A stretch of 64,000 bases of DNA from Alloascoidea hylecoeti (taxonomy: Eukaryota): NCBI GenBank assembly GCA_001600815.1, contig BCKZ01000022.1:90982-154981 (forward strand). Direction: 5' to 3'. Of the stretch, positions 1 through 11,706 are shown in pieces (the first letter of the stretch is position 1; each line of letters begins with the position of its first letter). Made by a program: the position numbers and the translations under genes. The notes beneath the pieces are model-generated. The model was not told the origin of the DNA and did no database searches. It was given only the letters and a program-made list of their open reading frames with translations.

Positions 1-1726
1 AATATATTATTCCTTCTGGACAAGGAAATAATAATAAAGAATGGGATAATACGGAAACATGTAAGAAAGTAACAGAACATGTTGAATGGTTAAAAAATCA
101 TTCATGATGATGAAGATGATCACTTAATACTTTTTATATACATATATTTTTTTATAAATTTTTGTAATCAACATTCCCTGCGTAATTAACCTTATTGGTA
201 TATTTGATTTCCGAACTCAATTGGAGTATCCAGCAACAAATAACTTATATTACATTATATCATTATATCATTATACATATATTTTGAAATTCCATCATAA
301 TTTCTATTTTTAGAGGATTTTTTCTACTACAATTGAACGAAACGGTCACTGTTAAGTGCGGATAGAAGATGGTTAAAGTATATTAAGTTCGTTATGGAGC
401 TAGCTACAGGTCCGATAAGGAATTTTCCTTTATTTATAGCTAAGTATTCAATAAGCGCATAGCAATGGAATTCACGGACATATACGTCGTATATTATTTG
501 AACTTTAACACCTACAGAATGTTTTTATTTAAAAAATGAAAATATTATCATTCGCGTTAAATATCACCCGAGCTTCAGTAGCCAAAGTTGGCTACATCAA
601 CTATGATTATCATCATTAATAAAAGAATATTTGGGCCTTAAATCTCCATTAACATAAGAGTCGATCGAATATTAATCGTAAGTTTTATATATCGGTAATT
701 ATGTAACATATAGATCTGTATTACATAATGACTAATCTTAAAAGCTGGTATCATTGCTATGCTTAATGTGCAGTCGGAAATAAAAATATCTTATATTCGC
801 CCACCCAATTGAAGTAGAGTTTCGAGTAAAAATAAGTTTTAGTTAAGATTTAAAACAAACAACAACCATTGTGTCGCAATTGTTGTACTTTAAGTACCTT
901 CTAAGTTCTTGCACAAAGTAACGTATTCTTGAAACTACTGGTATGTTATGGAACATATAGGTATACTACTCTTCTCAAAAAAAATCTTCTTTTACATTCA
1001 TTCCGTATGGTGCATGTAGGCCTACACCTGAACGAATAAATAGTTTTTCGATATATAAGACTTTTCTAGAGTTAATTTTAGCTTAAAAATAGATCATTAT
1101 ACACATGTATGCTCATGTCTCTAATATTTGAAGTATTTCTAGCGCTTAGAGGCCAAGGCATCATCGGTACCTCAGGCTATAAGCTTATGCAGATGTGGTA
1201 AGGACCATGCATAATAATGCATTGTCATACGTCTGCAGTTACTTGTTTGGCTCAATTTTAAATATACGAATCTCAGTTTATATATATTATAATTTGTGAA
1301 GTGACTTCAAAATAATATAAACCTAGCGATGATTAATTTTTATAAACTTGCCATTGGCTTGAGCTTCTAAACATCATGGAATATAACCAACTAGGTCAGC
1401 CCTCTTATACATAAAACCGGAAATTAGAATCTTCGATTTGGTCCTTATGCAGCCATTGCATTTCCTGATTAGGGAATATATCTACTTTTAGATACGATTG
1501 CCTGCATTAGCTTAGTATTAAAGTTAGCGAACCAACCTTCTTTCAAAACCTGATACCCCACCAGCCACATTTCCTGATTAAGTAGAGTAGTTGGATGTTG
1601 GTGGTTACCAAACAAATGAAAAAAAGTATATAAATCCCGAAGAATCTCCTTTCAACGGTTTATAATTCATTGTTTATAATTCATTATTTTAATTTCACAT
1701 TCCACTAATAACAATAAATATATACA

Positions 1727-2584
1727 ATGAAGGTCTCTTACATATCTTTACCGTTGTTTACTGCTGCACTTACAATTGGTGCTTACATTCCATCAGAACC
1801 ATGGAACACGTTAACACCATCGGATGCAGCACCTTCAGGAGCTATTAAATCATATGCTCAAACTTTTGGTATTGCGATCCTCCCAATTGCAACCAAATCT
1901 GATGGTTCCTTTGTTACACCCACACCAAAAGCTGCAGCTGCAGTTTCCCAAATTACAGATGGCCAAATTCAAGGTGGAACTTCTACTTTCCAAGCTGTTT
2001 CTCAAATAACAGACGGTCAAATTCAGGCCTCAACTGCTACAGTTCCTATTGTTGTTTCTCAGATAGGGGATGGTCAAATTCAAGCTCCAACTTTTACACC
2101 AGCAGTTTGTGAAAAAGAAACTGTTACCGTTACAGTCACAGAAAAACCAAGCGTTGCAACAGATGTTGTTACACAAATCGGTGATGGTCAAATTCAAGCT
2201 CCAGCAAAGCCAACTGAAACCGTTGCATCTCAAATAGGCGATGGACAAATCCAAGCACCTAAGGTTAAACGTGATTCAGCCTCTGTTGCTTGTAAATCTG
2301 AATCTGCATTAGCATTAATTTTAAATGAAGGTGAATTAAAGGATGCTCATGGACGTATTGGTGCTATTGTTGCTAATAGACAATTCCAATTTGATGGTCC
2401 TCCACCACAAGCTGGTACTATCTATGCTGGTGGTTGGAGTATTGCCGGTGAATCTCTTGCCCTTGGTAATTCAACTCTTTTCTTTCAATGCTTATCCGGA
2501 AACTTCTACAATCTTTATGATCAATCAATTGGTGAGCATTGTGTTCCAGTTACATTACAAGTCGTTGATCTCGTGGAATGTTAA
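1727..2584 (+). CDS. PIR1: PIR-family cell wall protein
   Basis: Signal peptide, [10 protein letters not shown] motif, five (S/T)QI(G/T)DGQIQ repeats, C-terminal four-Cys domain with [13 protein letters not shown]. The exact paralog cannot be assigned. Confidence 0.93.
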   Translation: MKVSYISLPLFTAALTIGAYIPSEPWNTLTPSDAAPSGAIKSYAQTFGIAILPIATKSDGSFVTPTPKAAAAVSQITDGQIQGGTSTFQAVSQITDGQIQASTATVPIVVSQIGDGQIQAPTFTPAVCEKETVTVTVTEKPSVATDVVTQIGDGQIQAPAKPTETVASQIGDGQIQAPKVKRDSASVACKSESALALILNEGELKDAHGRIGAIVANRQFQFDGPPPQAGTIYAGGWSIAGESLALGNSTLFFQCLSGNFYNLYDQSIGEHCVPVTLQVVDLVEC

Positions 2585-2924
2585 AAATTTCGATTATTAT
2601 AGCTACAGTTATAACATAACAAATCGAAAAAGTTTCTTCTTTCAATTCAATCTCCTCAAAATTACTCTAATTTATTGAGCAGTTGATGTTTATACTTTCA
2701 TTTATATATTATTTATTATTATTGCATAATTCATTTCTTAATAGGTATATAGTTAATACCATAATGAAACATGTGTTTGTTATATGTCTAAGCATAAGGT
2801 ATACGTAAAAATGTTTTATTAATTTGAGGTTAGTTGCAAATTAATCGGAAACAGGAAAAAAGTCAAGAAAAAAAAGTTAAATTGTGTTGAAATACATTTA
2901 TTGTGGTATGTTGAATCGAAATAC

Positions 2925-3170
2925 CCAAGTTCTGCAAAGCCGATTTAGCAATATATGGGGAGAATGTACATCTACAGGACTGCTTCTCAATGCCCTCATG
3001 ATCATGAGACTAGGAGATTGTATAGGCTAAAGAGAACCAGGTTGATTTAATCTGTAGAATAGGAAGTTTGATGAATTGGAGCTCGAGGCAAACGAATGAT
3101 TCACAACTTCACAACAATTAAAATATGATCCCTATAATCTGTTTATTAGAGTATAAGGAGTTAAACACCC
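2925..3170 (+). mobile_element. Decayed Ty1/copia RNase H fragment
   Basis: Manual translation across frameshifts and stops gives LAIYGENVHLQDCFS / HDHETRRL / GSLMNWSSRQ, resembling the copia motif YSDADWAGD-xxRRSTTG-ISWSSKKQ. Confidence 0.45.
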
Positions 3171-3651
3171 GGTAGTTTTCAGATAATTGAATATAGAAGA
3201 GATTTATCATTTTTCAATAATTTGTACAATAATACTATGCGTTGTTATATTTGAGATTCCTTACATATCTTATTTTAGTTGCAGGTGCAAAGGATGTCAT
3301 CATAAAAATTTCATGATCAATCTGTATTAACGATCTAAGAAATATATATGGGATGATTATGCATATAAGCTTGAAACAATGAAAATTGGAAGTTGCAACT
3401 TTAAATATACGTTGGATATGACATATACTATATACCAGTTAGAGAACAAAATTCATTTGAATATCATATGCATATTGTAATAACGTTTGATAACAAGATC
3501 TAGGTTATTGTCTTCATTAAGATCTAAGAGTCTAACTAACAGACTTTACCTTATAACTTAGTATGTAAAATTAAATAATTAATTATTGCTTTGCAGTCTA
3601 CTTATGAGGTTGGGAAGAAGAAAAAACAATTATGACATATAATTATTATGA

Positions 3652-5715
3652 TCATGCTGATTGTTTTTGTTGTTCTTTTTGTTGTTCTTTCCATTTTTTT
3701 GCATTTTCAAAGAATTTAACAAATGATTTATCATTTTCATCATCAGGAAATACATAATCAAGATATTCTTCTTCCATAGATGATTCATCAAGTTTTCTTT
3801 TCTTTTTAACTACTGTTGGGAATTGTTTATTGACATTTTCAATCGTTGTTTCATCTCCATAACGTTCTTCAAATTCTTTCCAACTTTGCAAAATTAATAT
3901 TCTTGATTCTTTATCAGATTTATCTTTAAAATAAGAAATTGCCCTTTTGAAAATCTCACGAGCGTTTTGTTTACCCTTTTCGGTTGCAATTATTTCAATT
4001 TCTTCTTCATTTTCACTAACATTTTCGAGTTGTTCTTCATCAGGTATAGAAACTTCAAATAATGCATACGTTATCCAAGCTTTAACATGATGTGATCTCT
4101 CAATCATTTGTTCATACAATTGTCTTGCTTTATCATAATTACTTTCATTATATTCAAAATCAACATATTCTTTCCATACCAATTCCGGCATTTCTATATT
4201 TGTTTGTTGAATAGCTAATTCAAAAATAGCCCGTGCTCTATCTTCATCACCTAATGTTGATTCTAGGTTTGCGAAATCTATCCAGACATTTGGAATATAG
4301 GGATAAGTTTCGATGAATTTTTCATAGAGTTTTCTGACTCTATCAAATTCTTTTAATTTAATCTCTAAATCAATATAACCTTTAAATAATTTTGGTCTTG
4401 GACATATTCCAAGAGATTTACCAAGTAATGATCTTGCTTCTTTTAATTTCCCTTGACGTATTAGTAATTTAGAAGTTAATAACCATATTTTTGAAAATGT
4501 AAAAGTTTTATGTGGTATTAATTTTAAACATCGATTATAAATTTTTAAAGAATTATCGAGATTTTTAATAGTTAATTCTTCCCAGATTGCATAACGTATC
4601 CATAAAAAGATGTATCGACTCCAATTCCTTTTTTCACTTGGTTCATTTGTTTTAAATGATGGTGAGAACGATATGGCACGTTCATATACTGATCTAACTT
4701 CATCATCTGTAACATTTGATTCTTCCATTAATGTTATGAAAGCAAACCATGTATCATAACTATATGGATCTTCTTTAACTTTTAGTTCATATTTTGTACG
4801 ACGTTTTGATAATACAATCTCTTCAATTCCTTCTTTATCACCAAACATCTTTTCAAAAGTGGTATATGATTTGTATAAATTTAGAGATTTATCTTTTGGT
4901 AATTTAGCAAGACCTAATTTATAAATTTGTCTTGATCGAGCGAATTCTTTTTGATCCGTTTCCCATTTAGCCCAAGCTGTTAACAATTTTTCATTTAGGT
5001 ATTCTTCTCCAAAACCCATCAAAGTATCAATTGCAAGTTCATAAACATTTCGAGTTTCGTTAGGTCCCTCATACTGATCTTCAAATCGAGCCCAGCTAAG
5101 CCATGTTGAGACCGTCGGATGTACTTGAATATAGCGTTTAAAAATATTTCGAGCTTTTTCATACTCACCGTATCGTTTCTCCATGGATATATAGGCAATA
5201 AAAGCAGATGGTTGAGGTTCCCAAGCTAACCATCTATCAAAAACTCCCCTTGCACCATCAACATTACCCAATGTCTCCTCCATTGAAACATACATAAACC
5301 AAAACTTGTCAATCCGTGGGAGGTATGTCGTGACACGATCTAGTAAATTCCTCGCATGATTAATATTACGAGTTTTAATCTCAGTTTGAATATAACTAAC
5401 CCATAATGGAACATTTACATGATCAACATCCAAAGCTCTTTCGAAAACAGATCGAGCTCTATCATATTCCTTCTGTTCAACTTCAAATAATGCATATCGT
5501 TTCCACTGTCCGGTATTTAATCTATTTTGTCTAATATATTTCTCGAACTCTTGTCGTTTGTTAGATTGATATTCTTTTAGTTCCTCTAAATCGGCGATGT
5601 TTTGCTCTGGGACGACTAATGGTTGCTCCTTACGCTCCAGGGCCTCTTGCAGCAGTTGTTCTGCGGTTATTTGTAAGGTGGAGACCTGTTTATTTTTGAT
5701 AGCATTACCTGCCAT
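3652..5715 (-). CDS. CLF1: Pre-mRNA splicing factor Clf1/crooked neck (HAT repeats)
   Basis: KNKQ..QITAEQLL N-terminus, HAT/TPR repeats, RARSVFERALDVD, C-terminal EEYLDYVFPDD. Confidence 0.96.
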   Translation of the reverse strand: MAGNAIKNKQVSTLQITAEQLLQEALERKEQPLVVPEQNIADLEELKEYQSNKRQEFEKYIRQNRLNTGQWKRYALFEVEQKEYDRARSVFERALDVDHVNVPLWVSYIQTEIKTRNINHARNLLDRVTTYLPRIDKFWFMYVSMEETLGNVDGARGVFDRWLAWEPQPSAFIAYISMEKRYGEYEKARNIFKRYIQVHPTVSTWLSWARFEDQYEGPNETRNVYELAIDTLMGFGEEYLNEKLLTAWAKWETDQKEFARSRQIYKLGLAKLPKDKSLNLYKSYTTFEKMFGDKEGIEEIVLSKRRTKYELKVKEDPYSYDTWFAFITLMEESNVTDDEVRSVYERAISFSPSFKTNEPSEKRNWSRYIFLWIRYAIWEELTIKNLDNSLKIYNRCLKLIPHKTFTFSKIWLLTSKLLIRQGKLKEARSLLGKSLGICPRPKLFKGYIDLEIKLKEFDRVRKLYEKFIETYPYIPNVWIDFANLESTLGDEDRARAIFELAIQQTNIEMPELVWKEYVDFEYNESNYDKARQLYEQMIERSHHVKAWITYALFEVSIPDEEQLENVSENEEEIEIIATEKGKQNAREIFKRAISYFKDKSDKESRILILQSWKEFEERYGDETTIENVNKQFPTVVKKKRKLDESSMEEEYLDYVFPDDENDKSFVKFFENAKKWKEQQKEQQKQSA

Positions 5716-5789
5716 TGTATAATTAATATAAGTTGAAACGAATACTAATATAATAAAAATAATGGTGGGAAAAAGAAGAATATGTAAGC

Positions 5790-5812
5790 CACGTGATGTG
5801 ATATATCACGTG
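5790..5812. promoter_or_regulatory. Pair of inverted CACGTG E-boxes (Cbf1/Tye7-type) upstream of CLF1
   Basis: CACGTGAT...ATCACGTG, 75-100 bp upstream of the CLF1 ATG. Confidence 0.5.
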
Positions 5813-6719
5813 TCAAACGTATTCGCGAATTTATATTCACTGAAATGCGGATAATACCTCTTGAAATCCACGAAGATTCTTGATATAATTACCAAAATTA
5901 GCATGGATTAGTATTACAGACTCTACCTCTATATATTTTTTAGTTCTAATATTGTTATTTAATATATTAATGAATGAAGAAACTTGTAATTAAAAGAGCT
6001 AGCCACCTTTTAAGTTAGTTTTCATATAACCTATAATTATAACCCTTTAATTTTAAATTTTAAATTCATTATATAATCTTATAGCTATAGATTTTTATAA
6101 TTATAACTTTTTAAAAAGTTTGAAACCCTCGAGTTTAAATTTAATTATATATAAAATAGATTCTCTATATATATATTTCATAGTACTGTGACATCATATC
6201 GATGACTGAGATTAGATTCTAAATAGGATATAATCACTTCATTATAGGTATAAACACACTGTATGGCAAGGTTAAGACTCTTCAACCACAGCGTTAACAT
6301 CAGTTTACAAGAACTTTGGAATGCCAATATCTATATATAGACCTATAGATACCCCTAATTAGTGGCTATGAAGTCTTCATATTTATTATAAAAAATTTGC
6401 CATTTTGGATTATTTATAATGTTAGCCAGTAAAATTCAAGGGTCGTGTAGCGACACAGGCGACAGTAGTTTCAACGGAAAAATTATCAAAAATTATCAAA
6501 AATAAACCATTAGAAATCTTTTTAATATTGACGTTATTGTCAATATTATTAATAAGTCATATATTTAACAAGCACATTTGAACATAGATCAATGTTACTG
6601 GAATAAAAAAAACGCTTTGTTAAAAAAAGGGGGGATTATTCGGAGATCATCATTTGACAGATACCTAGATCAATCAATTAACATGTCATAATTATAAACC
6701 TCAAATTATGAACCAAAAA

Positions 6720-7145
6720 CAATGGAAGGGGCAAAAAAGAACACATGTATCCGACAAATTGGGTTACATAGGGTAACCTAATTAAGAATATTGTTTTAGA
6801 TTTGCAATTGGTATGCTTAAATTTCACGAATTCGCTCAAAATTTCAAAACACTGATAGGAAGTACAGTACGGGGAGGAATAACACACCAATAGGCTTATA
6901 TTCTATACCAAATGGTCATCAGATTCCACAGCCATTAAACTTATAATGTAGTGTAACTGAAAGTTAGTCTCAGTGGTGGAGTTGGAATTGGTTTATGGAC
7001 TGATAAAGCTATATCTACACGCTAATTAATGAAGATGAAATAAATGAAATCATCACAATATCAAGTGTTTTAGGTGAAGGGATCTATGGGATATTAAGTG
7101 GTGTGTTTTTGACGGAGAAGATGCCTATAAATCTATTCCAAAAGG
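6720..7145 (+). mobile_element. Possible highly decayed Ty1/copia RNase H fragment
   Basis: Broken frames give NTDRKYSTG, KWSS, SVTES and EGIYGILSGVFLTEKMPINLF, in the order expected for the copia RNase H motifs. Similarity is weak. Confidence 0.3.
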
Positions 7146-7389
7146 ATACAGGCTCATTAATTATATAAATATATAAATAAAAGGTCTGAAATGAAACAAA
7201 GATAAATTTTAATTACACCTTTTATATGTTCTTAAATTTAAATTTGTCTTTGGTGTCAGGTGATGTAGATTTCCTCATTTGTACAAAGTAACAACATTCA
7301 GATCTTTTATTATTATTACCCTCTTTAATTTTTAATTGACATTTTTATTTTTCAGAATCTAAACATTTTTATATTTTTCAACAATAAAA

Positions 7390-8292
7390 ATGGTTGAACT
7401 TTCAGATTATCAAAGATTAGAAAAAGTAGGAGAAGGTACCTATGGTGTTGTCTATAAGGCCTTAGATACCAAACATAACAACAGAGTCGTTGCACTTAAG
7501 AAAATTAGACTTGATTCCGAAGACGAAGGGGTACCTTCCACTGCAATCCGAGAGATCTCTTTACTTCGCGAACTTAAGAATGAAAATATCGTCGGTTTAT
7601 ATGATATTGTCCATTCTGATTCTCATAAGCTATATCTTGTTTTTGAATTCGTTGATGTCGATCTGAAAAAATACATGGAATCGGTTCCACGTGGCGTTCC
7701 TTTGGGAGCAGATATCGTTAAGAAGTTCATGAACCAGCTTGTTCAAGGAACATTGTATTGTCACTCACATCGTATTCTACATCGTGATCTGAAGCCTCAA
7801 AATTTGTTGGTTGACAAGGAAGGGAATTTAAAGCTTGCGGATTTTGGACTTGCACGGGCCTTTGGAGTCCCTCTACGGGCATACACACATGAGATTGTTA
7901 CATTATGGTATAGGGCACCCGAGGTGTTACTTGGAGGAAAGCAATATTCAACAGGTGTTGATATGTGGTCGATTGGCTGTATATTTGCAGAGATGGTCAA
8001 TAAAAAACCTTTGTTTCCTGGAGATTCTGAAATTGATGAAATATTCCGTATTTTTAGAATTATGGGTACACCTACTGATGAAATCTGGCCTGATATTACT
8101 TATTTACCAGATTTTAAACCAACTTTTCCTAAATGGCAGAAGAAAGATTTGAGGACTATTGTTCCAACGTTGGATGAAGATGGTATCGATCTATTGGAAT
8201 ACTTATTGGTTTATGACCCTGCTGGACGGATTAGTGCCAAAAGATGTGCAAGACATCCTTATTTTACCAGAGCTCCTACACCTGCTACTTAA
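7390..8292 (+). CDS. CDC28: Cyclin-dependent kinase Cdk1
   Basis: [47 protein letters not shown]. Confidence 0.98.
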   Translation: MVELSDYQRLEKVGEGTYGVVYKALDTKHNNRVVALKKIRLDSEDEGVPSTAIREISLLRELKNENIVGLYDIVHSDSHKLYLVFEFVDVDLKKYMESVPRGVPLGADIVKKFMNQLVQGTLYCHSHRILHRDLKPQNLLVDKEGNLKLADFGLARAFGVPLRAYTHEIVTLWYRAPEVLLGGKQYSTGVDMWSIGCIFAEMVNKKPLFPGDSEIDEIFRIFRIMGTPTDEIWPDITYLPDFKPTFPKWQKKDLRTIVPTLDEDGIDLLEYLLVYDPAGRISAKRCARHPYFTRAPTPAT

Positions 8293-8559
8293 GTATATAT
8301 GTAACTATAGATATAATAAGTATACCCTATATTAATGATGTTTATTCTATGAGATCTCCAGCTATAAAAAAGTCGCATTTGACAGAAAAACAATATGTAT
8401 ATTTTTTCGCTGCCATCACTGTATACTTTACTTATAGTATTTTGCGGCTTTTATATGATACATTATATGATTCAGCTTAAATCTCTTATCGGAGTTTTAG
8501 ACTATTCTTCTAAAGATGGCTAGGGGATGTTTATGTGATGAGCTTATAACATTAAGTTC

Positions 8560-8860
8560 GTCCGAGGCTGCAACAACGGGACTCCGGAAGGTGAAAACTA
8601 ATGTGAAGGTAAAATTGCTGGATTGTGATAGTTGAGAGTCACAATCCTAAAGAAGGGCTTGGGTGCCGTAATATTTGGGTTTGTAGGAGTTGGTCTTGAT
8701 ATATATATATGGTTGGCACTCTCTACAGGTTTTCTCAGGTTCGATAGCATTTTTGCACCACTTCCTACAGTAATCTCCATGCTTAAGCTAATCATAAAGC
8801 TCCTGGAATATTTATTCCATATTTATTCCATCTAATTATGATTCATGAATAATCTTGGAG
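8560..8860 (-). mobile_element. Possible decayed Ty3/gypsy-type integrase fragment
   Basis: KTCRECQ (CxxC half of the zinc-binding motif), then a frameshift in a TA microsatellite, then PTPTNPNITAPKPFFRIVTLNY, resembling the integrase 'L.PI..P.PF..+.+D' motif. Confidence 0.4.
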
Positions 8861-9061
8861 TGACGGAGGTAGCGCCCTGTTTTACTTTGTAAATTTACGA
8901 ACCAAATATATTCCTACTATTTCACGAAATGTTACTTACTGAATGTGCCATTCTCTCACTGTATTTTGGGCTAATATTTGGTGGGACACATTACAACCAT
9001 ACACCTCCAGAAAATAAACATATCGTTTATATGGTAAACACTGGAATATCAATTTATCAAA

Positions 9062-9908
9062 ATGACAACTTCGTTTAGTGATACAGATTTAGTGATTAAT
9101 CCAAAAAAGCAATTTGATAACAATTCAACTACGCAAGCAGATATTACTGCTCTTTTTGCTCACTCTGAAACAAACTCCTACAAATATATCGATAATGATA
9201 CAGTTACATCTTCTATAAGTTTGGATTCTGCTAATGACAAAGAAAATGATACAGTTAATGATTGTATGTTTAATTTTTTACCTGTTATTTAATTACATAA
9301 CTAATATCGTATATAGCAATTGAATTCTCCCGATTATTAGATAAAATGAAGAAGTATGGGTTTGATAATACCGGATTAAAAACAAATGAAAAGTTAAAAA
9401 ATATCCAAACTCCATCATCCACAAAACAAAAGCAAAAACAATTTCAATCTTTAAATGGTAATAATCATTCAGAAATAACACCCATTAAAAACCCATTATC
9501 TCAATCAACTCCTTTTCAACTTCAGCAACTTCAACAACAACTTAATAATATTAAAGGCCAAACACAAACACAAACACAACCAAATATTCAACAAATAGAA
9601 AAAGAATCATCACCTTTGAAAAATATGGTATCTCAAAAGATATCCGGCTCAAGTTCAAATTCATCATCTAAGATAGATAAACACGATGATTCTTTAGAAT
9701 CGGTTAATAATAAGACTTCTGCATTTATCAATGAGGATGATGATGACGATGCTGATGAGGAGGGAAATAATCAAATTCATGGAATTCCTTCGTCCGTGCA
9801 GATTAAGGATCTTACTGTGCAACAAGTCCAGAATTTAATATTGGGATTAACGAAACAACAACAAAGATTAAATAATAATAAAAATAAAAGTAAAAATAAA
9901 TATGGGAA

Positions 9909-9940
<32 letters not shown>

Positions 9941-11706
9941 ATAATGAAAGAGAAAAGAAAACTAATGAAACGATTAAAAATGATCAGAAAAATTATAATG
10001 AAAAAGAAAATGATACAATTGAAAACGAAACAGATACTGAAAATGAATCTTTATTTAATCATTCATCACAATCTAGTATTATTAATGCTAATACAACTAT
10101 TAATAATGGTGATAAAGAAGATGATAATAATTTAAAACAAGAAATCAAATTAATTGATAGATCAGTTCATGATTTCAATGGTCCTTCTTTAATAATCCAA
10201 CATCAAAATAATAATAATCAATTACAAGATAATATATTAGTCGATAGATCAATGCAGGCGGCAATATTTGATCAAGGTACTAGTTTCCATCTAGATTTTA
10301 AAGATAGATCGTTACAAGTGATATCTAATGATCAATATGAAAATCAAAGACAGAATATTCAGACTGTTTCACATCATGATGTTCCAGCTTCGATTAATAT
10401 TACTGAATCGACTAGAATTGAAGATCATAAATATGATAATGATACTTATCATGAAGATGAAGGATCTATTATTTCAAGGGGAACAAGAGGTGAGAGAATC
10501 CCAAGACCACCTGCTCCGGTTATCTATAGACATGCAAACGATTCAATGGTTCAACATTATATATCAAATTTACCTGCTCCAATGCCTAATGAATCTGATT
10601 ATGGTACTGATGCTGATTTATATCAAACTGAATCCCAAGAACAGGAGCATGAAAACGATGTTAACAATGGTCAAGGGATACAGTGGTTTACTGATGATCC
10701 ATCACATTTTCAAATAAGATCAAAAGAACCTTATCTAGAATCTGTTTCTGAATATGAAGATAATCGACGTCAGAATCAAGCACAGAATCCGACTCCGAAT
10801 CAACAACGAGTCTTTCAAAATAATAGTGTTTCTCCTTTTGATTCAGTTTCAATGACTGGAAGACCCGTTCCACAAATCCATAATTCAGAAATGAACCATC
10901 ATCAACAGAATGATCAGATTTCTGAATTATTAGAAAAATTTAATGAACTTCAAAATAATTATAATAAAACTGTTGAAATTCACAGAGATCAAGTATTAGA
11001 AATTGAAGAATCTTACAAACAAAAATTACAACAGCAAAAGGATATAATAAATGAACAAAGCGAAGAAATTGAGAGATTAAATTCACAAATTAATGATTTT
11101 TCAAATCAAATTGAAAATAAAGATGAAATTTTAAAAGATAATGAATTAATATTATCTGATAAAAATGATGAAATTAAATCATTAGAAACTAAATTGAAAG
11201 ATATTATTGGAATAGATAAAACATCACCATTAAAATCAATTAATATGCCCGATGGTCGAAAATTTAAAACAATAAAAGAATTTAATAATAAAATACCAAA
11301 AGGTAAACAAATATATTATAAATTAAATATGGATATCGTTGATGAAAAATTATCATTAATCGAATTACAAAATATTTTAAAAAATGTTTTATTACAATTT
11401 GGTTGTAAAATTTCAAAATTACCAAATAGAATTGAAATAATTTCAAAATTTTTATTACATGAAGAATTATTATTAAATTTTATAAATGATATTCATAAGA
11501 TTTTATATAATGGGAATGAATTACAAATGAATATTATAAAAAATAATGAAAATAAAATTAAATATGAAAAATGTCTTAAGGATATGACTATTAGAATTTC
11601 AAAAATTGTTAAGGTTGTTGATAAGATTTATAAAGAAAAGTATATAAAAGTTGCGATGAAAGAAAAGGAAAATTTAGAGAAAAAATTAAGGGAACTAGAA
11701 GAATGA
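9062..11706 (+). CDS. Uncharacterised low-complexity/coiled-coil protein (possibly spindle-pole-body related), two exons
   Basis: Exon 1 9062-9263; intron 9264-9316 (GTATGT...AACTAAT...TAG); exon 2 9317-11706. Splicing joins the two ORF-track ORFs in frame (..VND-S-IEFSRLLDKMKKYG..). Long C-terminal coiled coil. Confidence 0.8.
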
